The position numbers and the translations under genes were made by a program. A stretch of DNA of 64,000 nt from Octopus sinensis (taxonomy: Eukaryota): NCBI RefSeq assembly GCF_006345805.1, contig NC_043006.1:31558001-31622000 (forward strand). Reading direction: 5' to 3'. Position 1 is the stretch's first letter. Every line of letters begins with the position of its first letter. The notes below the pieces were generated by a model that saw nothing but the letters and a program-made list of their open reading frames with translations, had not been told where the DNA came from and made no database searches. This document shows, one piece after another, positions 1-11,595 of this stretch.

Positions 1-898
1 AGAAAATCAAAACTTTCAGACAGGGACTCTTATGCGAATTGTTAGAAAGGATCACAAAAGTACAGCTCCCAAAATAACTGCAGAGCTTAATGACCACCTC
101 GAGAACCCAGTTTCCACAAAAACTGTTCACCGGTAGCTGCGCAAAGCCGGATTTCACGGAAGGGCTGCAATCAGAAAGCCACTACTTTCAAAAACAAACG
201 TTGCAAAGCGTTTAGAGTGGGGTAAAAACCCACAGAATTGGTCCCTAGAGCAGTGGAAGAATGTTATTTTCTCGGCCGAGTCATCCTTTACCTTATTTCC
301 AACCACCGACCGAGTATACGTGTGAAGACAGCCAAAAGAAGCATTTGACCCAGACTGCCTTCTTCCAACTGTTAAACATGGAGGGGGATCTGTAATGATC
401 TAGGGGTTATATCTTGGAAATCTGCCGGCCCAATGGTTTCCTTTCATGACAGAATTAATAGTCATGACTATTTAAGCATTTTATCTGATCAAATTCATCC
501 TATGGTTGCGGAACGGTTTCCGGAAGGAAAAGCAATCTTTTAAGATGATAATGTACCAATTCACACAGTTAAAGTTGTGTTAATTGCACGAGGAACATTC
601 TAGTGAAGTTGAACATCTTATCTGGCCACCACAGTCCCCAGATCTCAATATTATTGAACATTTATGGTGCATTTTAGAAAAGCAAGGAGTCGATATCCTC
701 CACCATAATCCCGACAAGAACTGGAGACTGTTTTATCTAAAGAATGGACAAAATTTCCTTTGGAAACAATTGAAACTTTGAACGAGTTCAGACCTTGTAG
801 AATTCAAGCTGTAATTACTGTCAAAGGCGGTCTTACCCCATATTAAAATATATTTGTTTGAAATTTTAAGGTGTTTCCATTATTTTGTCCAACCTCTG
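1..898 (+). mobile_element. Tc1-family DNA transposon, decayed copy A (5' part outside window)
   Basis: Broken frames read WKNVIFSAESSFTLFP, F*DDNVPIH and WPPQSPDLNIIEHLW (Tc1 DDE motifs). Right TIR aggtgtttccattattttgtccaacctctg at 869-898 is followed by TA. Confidence 0.95.
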
Positions 899-917
899 TA
901 TATATATATATAAATAA

Positions 918-992
<75 letters not shown>

Positions 993-994
993 TA

Positions 995-2203
995 CAAGGG
1001 TTGGACAAAAGAATGGAAACACCTAGCATCATAGCATCATATTTTTTAATATTATAAAACTGTCAAAAGCTTTTTATTTTTATGTTATTTGATTTATTAT
1101 TACTGTTGCTTAATATGTGTTGCTAAAATTGATGCTTCTTTTCAGATATCATCAGAAAAAGGTTGTGTTAAAAATTAATCAGATCTGTCGAACATTCAAA
1201 GAAGTCAAATTGTTGGTGCACGTATTGTTGTGTGTATCAAGAAGTAATATCTCGAAAGTAATGAACTGCTTTGAGAAAGAGGGTAAAACCTCCTCGTCGA
1301 AACAAAGCTCCGGAAGAAAATCAAAACTTTCAGACAGGGACTCTTATGCGAATTGTTAGAAAGGATCACAAAAGTACAGCTCCCAAAATAACTGCAGAGC
1401 TTAATGACAACCTCGAGAACCCAGTTTCCACAAAAACTGTTCACCGGTAGCTGCCAAAGCCGGATTTCACGGAAGGGCTGCAATCAGAAAGCCACTACTT
1501 TCAAAAACAAACGTTGCAAAGCGTTTAGAGTGGGGGTATTAAAAACCCAGAATTGGTCCCTAGAGCAGTGGAAGAATGTTATTTTCTCGGCGAGTCATCC
1601 TTTACCTTATTTCCAACCACCGACGAGTATACGTGTGAAGACAGCCAAAAGAAGCATTGACCCAGACTGCCTTCTTCCAACTGTAAACATGGAGGGGGAT
1701 CTGTAATGATCTAGGGGTTATATCTTGGAAATCTGCCGGCCCAATGGTTTCCTTCATGACAGAATTAATAGTCATAAGACTATTTAAGCATTTTATCTGA
1801 TCAAATTCATCCTATGGTTGCGGAACGGTTTCCGGAAGGAAAAGCAATTTTAAGATGATAATGTACCAATTCACACAGTTAAAGTTGTGTTAATTGCACG
1901 AGGAACATTCTAGTGAAGTTGAACATCTTCTGGCCACCACAGTCCCCAGATCTCAATATTATTGAACATTTATGGTGCATTTTAGAAAAGCAAGGAGTCG
2001 ATATCCTTCCACCATAATCCCGACAAGAACTGGAGATGTTTTATCTAAGAATGGACAAAAATTTCTTTGGAAACAATTGAAACTTTGAACGAGTTCAGAC
2101 TTGTAGAATCAAGCTGTAATTACTGTCAAAGGCGGTCTTACCCCATATTAAAATATATTTGTTTGAAATTTTAAGGTGTTTCCATTATTTTGTCCAACCT
2201 ATG
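995..2203 (+). mobile_element. Tc1-family transposon, full-length (~1.2 kb) decayed copy B
   Basis: Left TIR caagggttggacaaaagaatggaaacacct (995-1024) follows TA; right TIR at 2174-2203. Transposase is frameshifted throughout. Bases 1315-2203 are nearly identical to 1-898. Confidence 0.95.
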
Positions 2204-2240
2204 ATATTATATATAGCATAAATAATAAATATATATATAT

Positions 2241-2284
<44 letters not shown>

Positions 2285-2330
2285 CTATATATATATATTA
2301 TATATATATATAATATATATATATATATGA

Positions 2331-2745
2331 TGGACTCTCCCGTCGGTTTCGGCGTATGAGTCTCCGACAACGTCCTTTTTCTCTGTCAGTCATAATGAGA
2401 CATTTAAGTCCTGCCAACGATTTGCAAAGAAGGCCACAGATGTTGCAAGTATGAGGATTACAGGTCAGTGCTGGTGGTATATTTGCAGCAGCTTTTCAGG
2501 GTGCCTTGCACCCCGAAGCCTGTTAATGCTGGTTGCACCAAAGTTTTTAATACCATTAATTCGTTGGTATTAGAAACTGCTTTTAGTGAATAACCACAGG
2601 TTATCCTCAGACAGTCTTTGTGGAAGATGTCTTGTTGGTTAATATGTCGTCTATAGGGTATCCACGATCCTGGGCCATACAAGAAAGTAGTAAGAATGGC
2701 TGCTTTATAAACTTGTATAATTCGTCTTTAGTCGAAAGACACCCG
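2331..2745 (-). mobile_element. RTE-clade LINE 3' remnant (internally deleted)
   Basis: Minus frame VYKAAILTTFLYGPGSWIPYRRHINQQDIFHKDCLR matches the RTE RT thumb region, followed by TCNICGLLCKSLAGLK. The 3' tail ...aaccgacgggagagtcca abuts (TA)n. Confidence 0.7.
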
Positions 2746-2749
2746 TTGT

Positions 2750-3060
2750 TTATGTCCTGTTATTTGTATTCATGTACTATTTCTCCGTGTTTTTCCCGTC
2801 CTTGTTTTAGTATACATTCACTACTTTCTTCCAAGGAATCTAGTGCTCTTAGCTTAGTTTTTCATTGGGGCTGGTCAGGTTAGAGCAATCTCGAGTATAA
2901 CCAGCCGAAATTGCAAAGATAATCTGGAACTCGACTGAGGATAGAAAACTCCGAATGATCCGTCCTTGTTTTCTTTGTATCGTCTGTCTGGATGTTTTGT
3001 GTGTCCCCCTTTTTTGTATCACCTAACTGTCTGGTGTTTGGCGTTCTTGTCCCATTTTTG

Positions 3061-3062
<2 letters not shown>
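2750..3062 (+). mobile_element. Penelope-like (PLE) tail repeat, family P1
   Basis: Motif cagccgaaattgc...gactgaggat...ctccgaatgatccgtcc plus a T-rich tail; homologous copies at 20590 (+) and 47215 (-). The PLE assignment is an inference from the ctgaNga/gccgaaa motifs. Confidence 0.55.
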
Positions 3063-3135
<73 letters not shown>

Positions 3136-3666
3136 TCACTTAGGCATTGTGAGACTACAAACCTAATGTAGAACACTAATATCTGCTTCAGAACAAAGCG
3201 TCAGTTGAGTACAAAGCGGTAATAAGAAATTAAAATGTCAAGGGGAATAAGCAATTATCGCTTGAACTTCATTATCTTTCAGCCGTTTATGATGTAAGAT
3301 GCGGTGGACTCATAATTGAATGTCAACTTTTATCTTCGCCGGAGCCTCAGACATGAAGTACTCGATTGAGGTGATGTGTTAATAACTGGGCTACACTTTA
3401 TGTGCATGCGCGAACACAAGGACCCGCTCATTTCAATTTTTTCTTGCATGTTCGAATATCTCTACAATTTCATTTCTTTTATTTGTGTCTGATATAAGCC
3501 ATTAAAAAAATTGCATTCCTTCTTTTCTTCTACATTTATTATCATTAATAGCGTGCGTTTTCTTTCTGCTTCTTTAATAATACTTTATGTTAAGCATGTT
3601 TCAACTTCTGACGATGATCTGTATTGAAAGCTTTTCGGTCGTACATCTCGCACTTATGCTCTTATT

Positions 3667-3820
3667 GCGCTCTGAGTTCAAATTCTGCTGAGGTCGTCGA
3701 CTATACCTTTCATTCTTTCGAGGTCGATAAAATAAGTACCAGTTGAACACCGAAGTCGATGTACTCGACCTACCCCTCCCCCGAAATTGCTGGCCTTGTA
3801 CCACAGTTTGAAATCAATAT
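3667..3820 (+). mobile_element. tRNA-derived SINE family A, 5'-truncated
   Basis: ctgagttcaaattc...gaggtcg...gtcgataaaataagtaccagttg core shared with copies at 16421, 37103 and 60421. Confidence 0.7.
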
Positions 3821-3949
3821 CTCATCTTAGAGCTGCCTACTTTAAATTTTACATTTTCAATGGTTGCATGCTTTGCTGGCGATTAACCAAGAATTATTAT
3901 GGGATTTCTTTAAGAACGGTAAATATACTTTTCGTATTCTTCTTTACAA

Positions 3950-4860
3950 CAAGAGTAATCCTGAGGTTACATTGCTATTAAATATCTATATCTCGGCTTG
4001 CTTCGCTTCACTTTCGTTTTGTATGTAACAATATTTGACTATATAGCTGCATGTAATATATCAACAAACAATACACTTCTTGCTTTCGGTTTGAAGCAAA
4101 AGGGTTATGATAACGTGAATGAGACGGACTTAATTTTTCACTAGACATGAACGTCGATAGGTTAACGTTGAGGGAAGGAAGCCACCTGAATATCGGATAA
4201 TAATTAGTTGTATCATAATGATTCACGCCGGGTATCAAAATGCCGACTTCAAGATTGCTGCTCAGAGCTCTGTGAATACTATAAAGGCAGTAAGACGTGA
4301 TAAGGACAGCTGCAACAGAGACTACGAAACTGTGGCCAGCTAGAAATAACTCAGTATGTGTTCTGACTGAGTTCGCACGCCGGAATGCATCTGCACATAT
4401 TTAAACAAAATCTTAAGCTCGGACTGTTTTGTGAAACTGCTGGAGTTGGGTGAAGTGAAACCCTGGCTAGAGAGTTGTTTCTGGAAAGCCATACGTGTGG
4501 CAGCATGATTCGGAAAAAGTCAGAAGTGATTTTCGGAGAATTTCTACGACTTCTTCAGCCCCAATTCCTGGCCACCTAGTCCTTCCGACTGTAATTCTAT
4601 GAATTACTATGTGTGGAGCGCATACCGCAATACTTTCAGTACTAAGGCCGAGCTGGTGGCCAAAATCAAGAAAGTGCTCAAAGATCTTCTCACGGGTACA
4701 ATAAGGAACGCATGCGTAATGTTCCGGAGTCATCGTGAGGCTGTTCTGGAATCTGAAGACAGCTACTTTGAGTAAACGCTTATCTGCCAGCTATAATCAA
4801 ATTGATTTTTGATTTTCATTTCCTCTTAAGCAAACTATCAAATTTAACCCTGACACACGG
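3950..4860 (+). mobile_element. DD37D/maT-type transposon remnant (internally deleted)
   Basis: N-terminal MIHAGYQNADFKIAAQSSVNTIKAVRR near 4219. C-terminal pieces GKPYVWQHDS, ENFYDFFSPNSWPPSPSDCNSMNYYVWSA and EAVLESEDSYFE* to 4773. Right end ...aaccctgacacacgg|TA. Left boundary is approximate. Confidence 0.75.
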
Positions 4861-5164
4861 TATATAAATACGCACACACACTTATGTATGTATGTATGTA
4901 TGTATGTATGTATGTATGTATGTATGTATGTATGTATGTATTTTTTGTAACATAATTCAATAAAGTGTTCCCCGATGATCCGTTGTGGTTAAGCAGCCAT
5001 ATGCACTAAAACATCCAATGACGAGTTCCAAACAACAACAATGAGGATACGTTCGTAGGACATACCATCGTAGTTTCTTGTGTGTTTGTGTGTGTGTGTG
5101 TGTGTGGTGTGTGTGTGTGCGTGTGTATGTGTGTGTGAGTATAGAGAGAGAGATAGAGAGATAG

Positions 5165-5233
5165 ATGGATGGATATAGATAGATAGATAGATAGATCGAT
5201 AGATAGATAGATAGATAATTAGATAGATAGATA

Positions 5234-5273
<40 letters not shown>

Positions 5274-5318
5274 GATATATAGATAGATAGATAGATAGAT
5301 AGATAGGTAGATAGATAG

Positions 5319-5350
<32 letters not shown>

Positions 5351-5362
5351 ATAGATAGATAA

Positions 5363-5403
<41 letters not shown>

Positions 5404-5430
5404 GATAGATAGATAGATAGATAGATGACC
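5165..5430. repeat. (GATA)n microsatellite
   Basis: Directly visible; source of the spurious YLSI ORFs. Confidence 0.97.
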
Positions 5431-5621
5431 AAGGATCGAGGTGTAGGAAGACGGTTAGCTTCAAGCAATCCGTAATAAATAAAAAAAAAGACAATTTTCA
5501 GGGACAATAATGATTTATTGAGATGGAAGGTTGTGGATTTTTTCATATCAAAAATTTTTTTTTATATTTCACAGTAGGCGACCAAGGTTGCCGGATATGT
5601 GAATAAAAATGGCAGAGTTAC

Positions 5622-5817
5622 GGAATGGAGAAGATAAGATCTGGTCTACATATGTTTGATAGCGGGCGAATCCTCGGAAGTGGTAAATATCCAAGTGCGA
5701 TGTATAACGCAGGCTACTCATCAGGCTAAGGATATGCACCTCGCTTGCATATCCACCACTTCCGAGGTTCCGCTCGCTACGAAACATATGCAGCCCGGAT
5801 TTTATCTTCTCCATTCC
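5622..5817. mobile_element. Fold-back MITE (~196 bp), TTAA-type (Kolobok-like) or TA-flanked
   Basis: ggaatggagaagataagatctgg... pairs with ...ccggattttatcttctccattcc over arms of about 85 bp. Right flank is TTAA, left flank TTAC. Confidence 0.8.
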
Positions 5818-5911
5818 TTAATTGTTGTATATATACATACATTCATACATACATACAGACATACACACATATATATGTGTGTGTGTGTAAATGCGTGTAT
5901 GAATAAGTATA

Positions 5912-5951
<40 letters not shown>

Positions 5952-6409
5952 CTTTGTATATAAATGTACATATATATCCGGATATATATGTATGCATACA
6001 TATGTATACATATGGTACGCATGCATGCATATACGCATGATACGCATGCATATACACACGCATATGTGCATAAATTGCGATTAGATTTACCCGTAGAAAC
6101 GCACACGCCTCGTACATATGTGTAGTTTATACCTCTTCCCCGGCATATATACACACATACACACACATGCATATATCTATAAAAAAATATGTGTGTATCA
6201 ATGTGTATACGAGTGTATATGTGTCTGTACCCATATGTACGCATGCACGTGTTTCGTGTTTGCTCACAGTGAGAATGTATTCCACATTGGTTTCTGTGTG
6301 AATGTTTCAGCAACAAGAGTTTATGAATAACTCATCTCGCCTACACCCACCACCCACCCCTCCCAAACATCACTGCCATTGTCCTCCTATTCAAGAACAT
6401 ACATGTGTT

Positions 6410-6500
6410 TGTTATATATATATTAATATATATATATTATATATATACATACCACACACACACAGGACACACATATATCATATATATTATATATATATAG

Positions 6501-6593
<93 letters not shown>

Positions 6594-6841
6594 AAAATAT
6601 ACACATGAATTATATATATACTATATGCGTACATACAGAAGAACACATATCTAAATATGCTGTATGTTTACACATATTTATGTCCAACTGTGTATGAGTG
6701 TGCGTACGTATATACATTGTGTATACAAAAATATGTACTATACACACATATACATATATAGCTTAATACATGTGTGTGTGTATATATATATATATATATA
6801 CTTGCATACACATGTGTATAGATATCTTTCCCTCTCTTTCT

Positions 6842-6907
<66 letters not shown>

Positions 6908-7144
6908 CATGTGTATGTATATATGAATATGTATATATATATGTATATGTATATATATTTATATATTTATACACACACACATATAAACAACAACACACAC
7001 ACACCATATATATATGTATATGTATATATATATTATATATATATATACACACATATATATATACGCACACACTACGCACACGCATGCACAGACACATATA
7101 TGAATACGTATGTATATATATGTGTGTGTGTGTACATACAACTA

Positions 7145-7194
<50 letters not shown>

Positions 7195-7215
7195 GTATAT
7201 GTATATGTATATATA
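6410..7215. repeat. Compound (TA)n/(CA)n/(TATG)n microsatellite field
   Basis: Directly visible. Confidence 0.9.
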
Positions 7216-7429
7216 AGATGTTATCATGCGTACCGCATAATATAAGCGTTATATATAATCACTGCAACTCGCTAAGTGCTGTGTGCACACGTGTGCAAGC
7301 AATGGCTTATCATTTCATGAATGAAAATATATCACGAAATGAATATCCAAATAAATAAACAGACCTTAAGTTTACATCTATTTACTTAGGGAGTCGTAAA
7401 TTTTCTTTCGCTGCTCATTTCCCCGGGAA

Positions 7430-7880
7430 AGGCATGAACATTCTGACTGCTATCTCTTACCCTTGTACGGTTGTCAACCATATATATCCGTTTCGCTTTC
7501 TGAATCATCCGACCCCATCTTTCTTGAAGAAATATTGGCTTTCATTCTTTGCCCTCCACCCTGGAAGAATGTTTGCCTTGCAAATCTGTTCAAATTATTT
7601 TATATTTCTATCCTTCCAAAAATTCCTATTTACTGCTTTCCTAAATTCAATATATTTCTTATACTACTCCTGCAACTGTAACTATTAATGCAGGAATGGC
7701 TACAACCTGTCCAACAGTGTTTTATAAGACTGGAACTTCAAATTACAGCTGTAATCTATTAACTTCCACACAAGATTCCGTACAGTTTCCGTTTACCCAA
7801 ATGGGTTTTTTTTCCAATTTAACTCAATTGTTGTCGACCACTTTTACCTATGGACCCCTTTCGTACATATTTTGCTCTAC
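7430..7880 (-). mobile_element. Possible highly decayed L1/Tx1 ORF2 3' remnant
   Basis: Minus segment agggtggagggcaaag...ttcttcaagaaagatggg resembles the ER..LS..F.KRW tail of Tx1-like ORF2; many stops. Recognised from memory only. Confidence 0.3.
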
Positions 7881-8204
7881 TAGGCCCCACCCCCTGTTAA
7901 AATAAATCTTAATCATTATTTATAATTAAATAGTAGGAATTGCATTAAAAACATTTTTTAAATTAGTTTATGTATTATTGAAGAATAAACAATAAGATTC
8001 AACAACAAACTCTTATTCGGATCCCTCCAAGGGTCACATGGACCGTGGACGAGTACCACTGATTTAACTAAAAAAACCTTAAGTTGATCCAGCTTCAGAT
8101 AAAATTCACTTGCGCAAAACACCACGCTGAGGGATCGAACTAGGTATCTCACGCTTGTGAAGTAAACTTCTAAAGCAGTAAAACGTACCGGTGTTTCTAA
8201 CATA

Positions 8205-8706
8205 CGTGGTCTGATTAATAATCATCCGGACTGTTGCCTTAGTAACGAAGCTAAAGCACGCAGAGTGAAGCCACTTGGCAGAAATTGACCTTGAACCCAG
8301 CTGTGCATACGCTCTACGCGTGTCTGCCAAGTTTGTTCCAAAACTGCTTTCAGCTGACCAAAAGGACACTCGAGTATCGGTTGCATAAGATCTCATTGAT
8401 TGTGTCAAGAACGATGAAGACTTTTTGAAAACTTTGCGCAGGCTTTTGAGCAGGTATCGCCAGGCTTTTGGCAAAATTTGATGCAGATTCTCTGCTCAAC
8501 TTTCTCTGTCATGGTTAATGCAATAATCACACACTACACACCTTCCTTCCAAGCACTTCTGTAAACAGCGGAAGTGAGCTGGAACGTTAAAACTTAGTGC
8601 GCATGCCCAGCAGGGTTCAAGGTCACTTTGTGCCCAGCGGCTTCACTCTCCGTGCTTTAGCTTCGTTACTATAGCAACAGTCCGGATACTTATTGATAAG
8701 ACAACG
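8205..8706. mobile_element. Mariner-derived non-autonomous element with ~110 bp TIRs
   Basis: TA at 8203-8204 and 8707-8708. TIR core atccggactgttg...agtaacgaagctaaagcacg...gaccttgaaccc at both ends. Internal pieces: MTEKVEQRICIKFCQKPGDTC (minus, 8512-8434) and LRVSAKFVPKLLSADQKDTRVSVA*DLIDCVKNDEDFLKT (plus, 8314-8433). Confidence 0.9.
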
Positions 8707-9295
8707 TAAATATATTGAAGTGAAACAGTAGAGTCCAAAAGAACTTGTGATCCGCTTAAATATAAATATGTGAACTCTAAGTTGACTAATGAATTATTTT
8801 AACCTCTGAGCAATTCAAATTCCCGACACGAGTAAATCTCTAATGTTTTATACTTAGACATTCATCACTATTACAACAGGTCTGTGGAGGTTATGCGTCG
8901 CTGAAAAGGTCAGAATAAGATCGAAATCTGTACGGAGTTGACTCCTCTACTTACCGGATGTATGAAAAATTCATCTTAGTCATTGACTAATTGTGCGTTT
9001 ATTTCACTTTTCGTTTTCTCTTTATATTTATTTCTAGTTAACAGTTTAATGTTTCCAACTTTAAATAGGTGAAGACTGACTTAACCTATTGTTTTCCAAT
9101 CTAAACAAAATGGAATATCTATAAAAATTCTAAAGGATACGGAAACGTATTTATAATCGTTATATTATCGAACAAATGGGGTTTGAGGAAAGGATTGGCG
9201 GAAAGGGAGCCATGACATCGACGCTCCTTTCTTGACCTCTTATGTTTAAGGATAAACATATTGGTGCTGCTGTGAAAGGAGTCGTGGCAGACATA

Positions 9296-9587
9296 CGTGT
9301 GTGTGTGTGTGTGTGAGTGTGTGTGTGAGTGTGTGTGTGTGCGTGTGTGTGTGTGTGCGTGTGTGTATGTGTGTGTGTGTGTGCGTATGTATGTGTGTAT
9401 GCGTGCGTGTGGGTGTGGGTATGTGTGTGTGCGCGTGTGTGTATGTGTGCATGCATGCGTGTGTGTATGTGTGTGTGTCTGTGTGCGTGCATGCGTGCGT
9501 GTATGTGTGTATGTGCGTGTGCGCGTCTGTGTATGTATGAGTGCATGCGTGCGTGTGTGTGTGGATGTAAGTGTGCGTGTGTGCGTA

Positions 9588-9618
<31 letters not shown>

Positions 9619-9662
9619 CTGCGTGCATGTGCATGTGTATGTGTGTATGTATGTGTGTGTGT
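9296..9662. repeat. Degenerate (TG)n microsatellite
   Basis: Directly visible. Confidence 0.95.
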
Positions 9663-10000
9663 TAATCGATTTTACTGGAATTGGCCGAGAGTTACACAAC
9701 AGCTACATCGGTAACGACAGCAAAAAAATGAGAAAAAAAAACCCTCACGATTAATATTCCATTTATCATTTGAAGAAAATAGTAAAAGTGAATAGAACGA
9801 TAAATAGCGGAAACTATAAGATTTCTCTGTCAGCGTCTTTTAAATTCTCTTTAATTCGACAAAGTAGGTGAAAGCATATTTAATGACCAGAACAGTGAAT
9901 ACAAGTGAAAGTGTATTTAGACATGTGATAAAAGGACAAAAACACACATGCAAACATGCATACATACATGTATACATGCATGCATGCATGCATAAAGCTC

Positions 10001-10360
10001 GTGGCACTCCGTCGGTAACGACGACGAGGGTTCCAGTTGATCAAATCAACGGAACACCCTGTTCGTGAAATTAACGTGCAAGTGGCTGAGTACTCCGCAG
10101 ATACGTGTACCCTTAACGCAGTTCTCGGTGAGATTCAGCGTGACAAGGCTGGTCCTTTGAAATACAGGTGCAACAGAAACGGGAAGAAAAAGTGAGAGAA
10201 AGTTGTGGTGAAAGAGTACAGCAGGGTTCACCGCCACCCCCTGCCGGAGCCTCGTGGAGCTTTAGGTGTTTCCGCTCATTAAGCACTCACAACGCCCGCT
10301 CTGGGCATCGAAACCGCAATCCTACGACCGTGAGTCCGCTACCCTAACCACTTGGCCATT
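10001..10360 (-). mobile_element. tRNA-derived SINE, body Y plus tail T1 (chimeric family C2)
   Basis: Minus strand: A box tggccaagtggttagg and B box ggtttcgatgcc. Body is shared with the 53028 copy; tail is shared with the 23992, 33643 and 55058 copies. Confidence 0.85.
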
Positions 10361-10372
10361 TCATACATACAT

Positions 10373-10410
<38 letters not shown>

Positions 10411-10444
10411 CACACACATACATACATACATACATACATACATA

Positions 10445-10475
<31 letters not shown>

Positions 10476-10714
10476 TACATACATACATACATACATACAT
10501 ACATACATACATACATGCAGATATGTGTGTGTGTGCATGTATGTATATATGTATGAGTGTAAAAAATTAGTTTTTCGTTTGGAAGTATGAGAGATAATTT
10601 TGGACGAATTTTGCTTCGTTTGTAAATGGTTTTTATCGAAAGTCGATCCCCCCCACAGAAGGTAGCAGAGCTGTGAAGAATATTGTCATCATCATTTTCA
10701 CCGTGACGTAATTT

Positions 10715-11595
10715 GCGTAACCATAGAATGAATTTGATCAGATTAAAAGCTTAAATAGTCTTGATTATTAATTCTGCCATGAAGGGAAACCATTGGGCCG
10801 GCGGATTTCCAAGATATAACCCCCACCCCAGATCACAGATCCTCCGCCATGTTTAACAGTTGAAAGAAGGCAGTCTGGGTCAAATGCTTCTTTTGGTTGT
10901 CTCCACACGTATACTTGGCCGGTGGTCGGAAATAAGGTAAAGGATGACTCGGCCGAGAAAATAACATTCTTCCACTGCTCTAGGGACCAATTCTGTAGGT
11001 TTTTATTCCGATCTAAACGCTTTACGACGTTTGTTTTTGAAAGTAGTGGCTTTCTGATTACAGCCATCCCGTGAAATCTGGCTTTGTGCAGCTCCCAGTG
11101 AACAGTTTTTGTAGAAACTGGGTTCTCGAGGAGGTCATTAAGCTCTGCACTAATTTTGGGAGCTGTACTTTTGTGATCCTTTCTAACAATTCGCAGAAGA
11201 GTCCGACGGTCCCTATCTGAAAGTTTTGGTTTTCTTCCGGAGTTTTGTTTCGACGAGGCAGTTTTACCCTCTTTCTCAAAAGCTGTCATTACTTTCGAGA
11301 CAGTACTTCTTGATACACCAAACATTTCGGCTGTTTTTGTTACGCTAGCGCCTGCCATACGAGCATCAACAATTTGACCTCTTTGAAAGTCCGATAGATC
11401 TGTCATTTTAATGAATTTTAATTACTTTTTTCTGATGATATCTGAAAGGAAAGAGCAATTTTAGCAAAACATATTAAGCAACACTAATAATAAATCAAAT
11501 GACATAAAAATAAACAAGCTTTTGACGGTTTTAAAGATATTTCAAAATTATGATGCTATGATGCTTGGTATTTCCATTATTTTGTCCAACCGCTG
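10715..11595 (-). mobile_element. Tc1-family copy C (same family as A/B), 3'-truncated
   Basis: TIR cagcggttggacaaaataatggaaatacc begins at 11595, with TA at 11596-11597. Homology to copy A ends near 10715. Confidence 0.93.
10768..11406 (-). pseudogene. Tc1 transposase pseudogene (paired HTH plus start of DDE domain)
   Basis: 212 aa ORF MTDLSDFQRGQIV...GRKPKLS...WKNVIFSAESSF...VKHGGGSV, then a frameshift; lacks the second D and the E. Confidence 0.9.

Noticed and set aside
2900-2985. Family P1 ctgaagat...cgaat motif as an active hammerhead
   Set aside because: GAAU replaces GAAA and stem II spacing is non-canonical in all three copies; kept only as a PLE-like tail.
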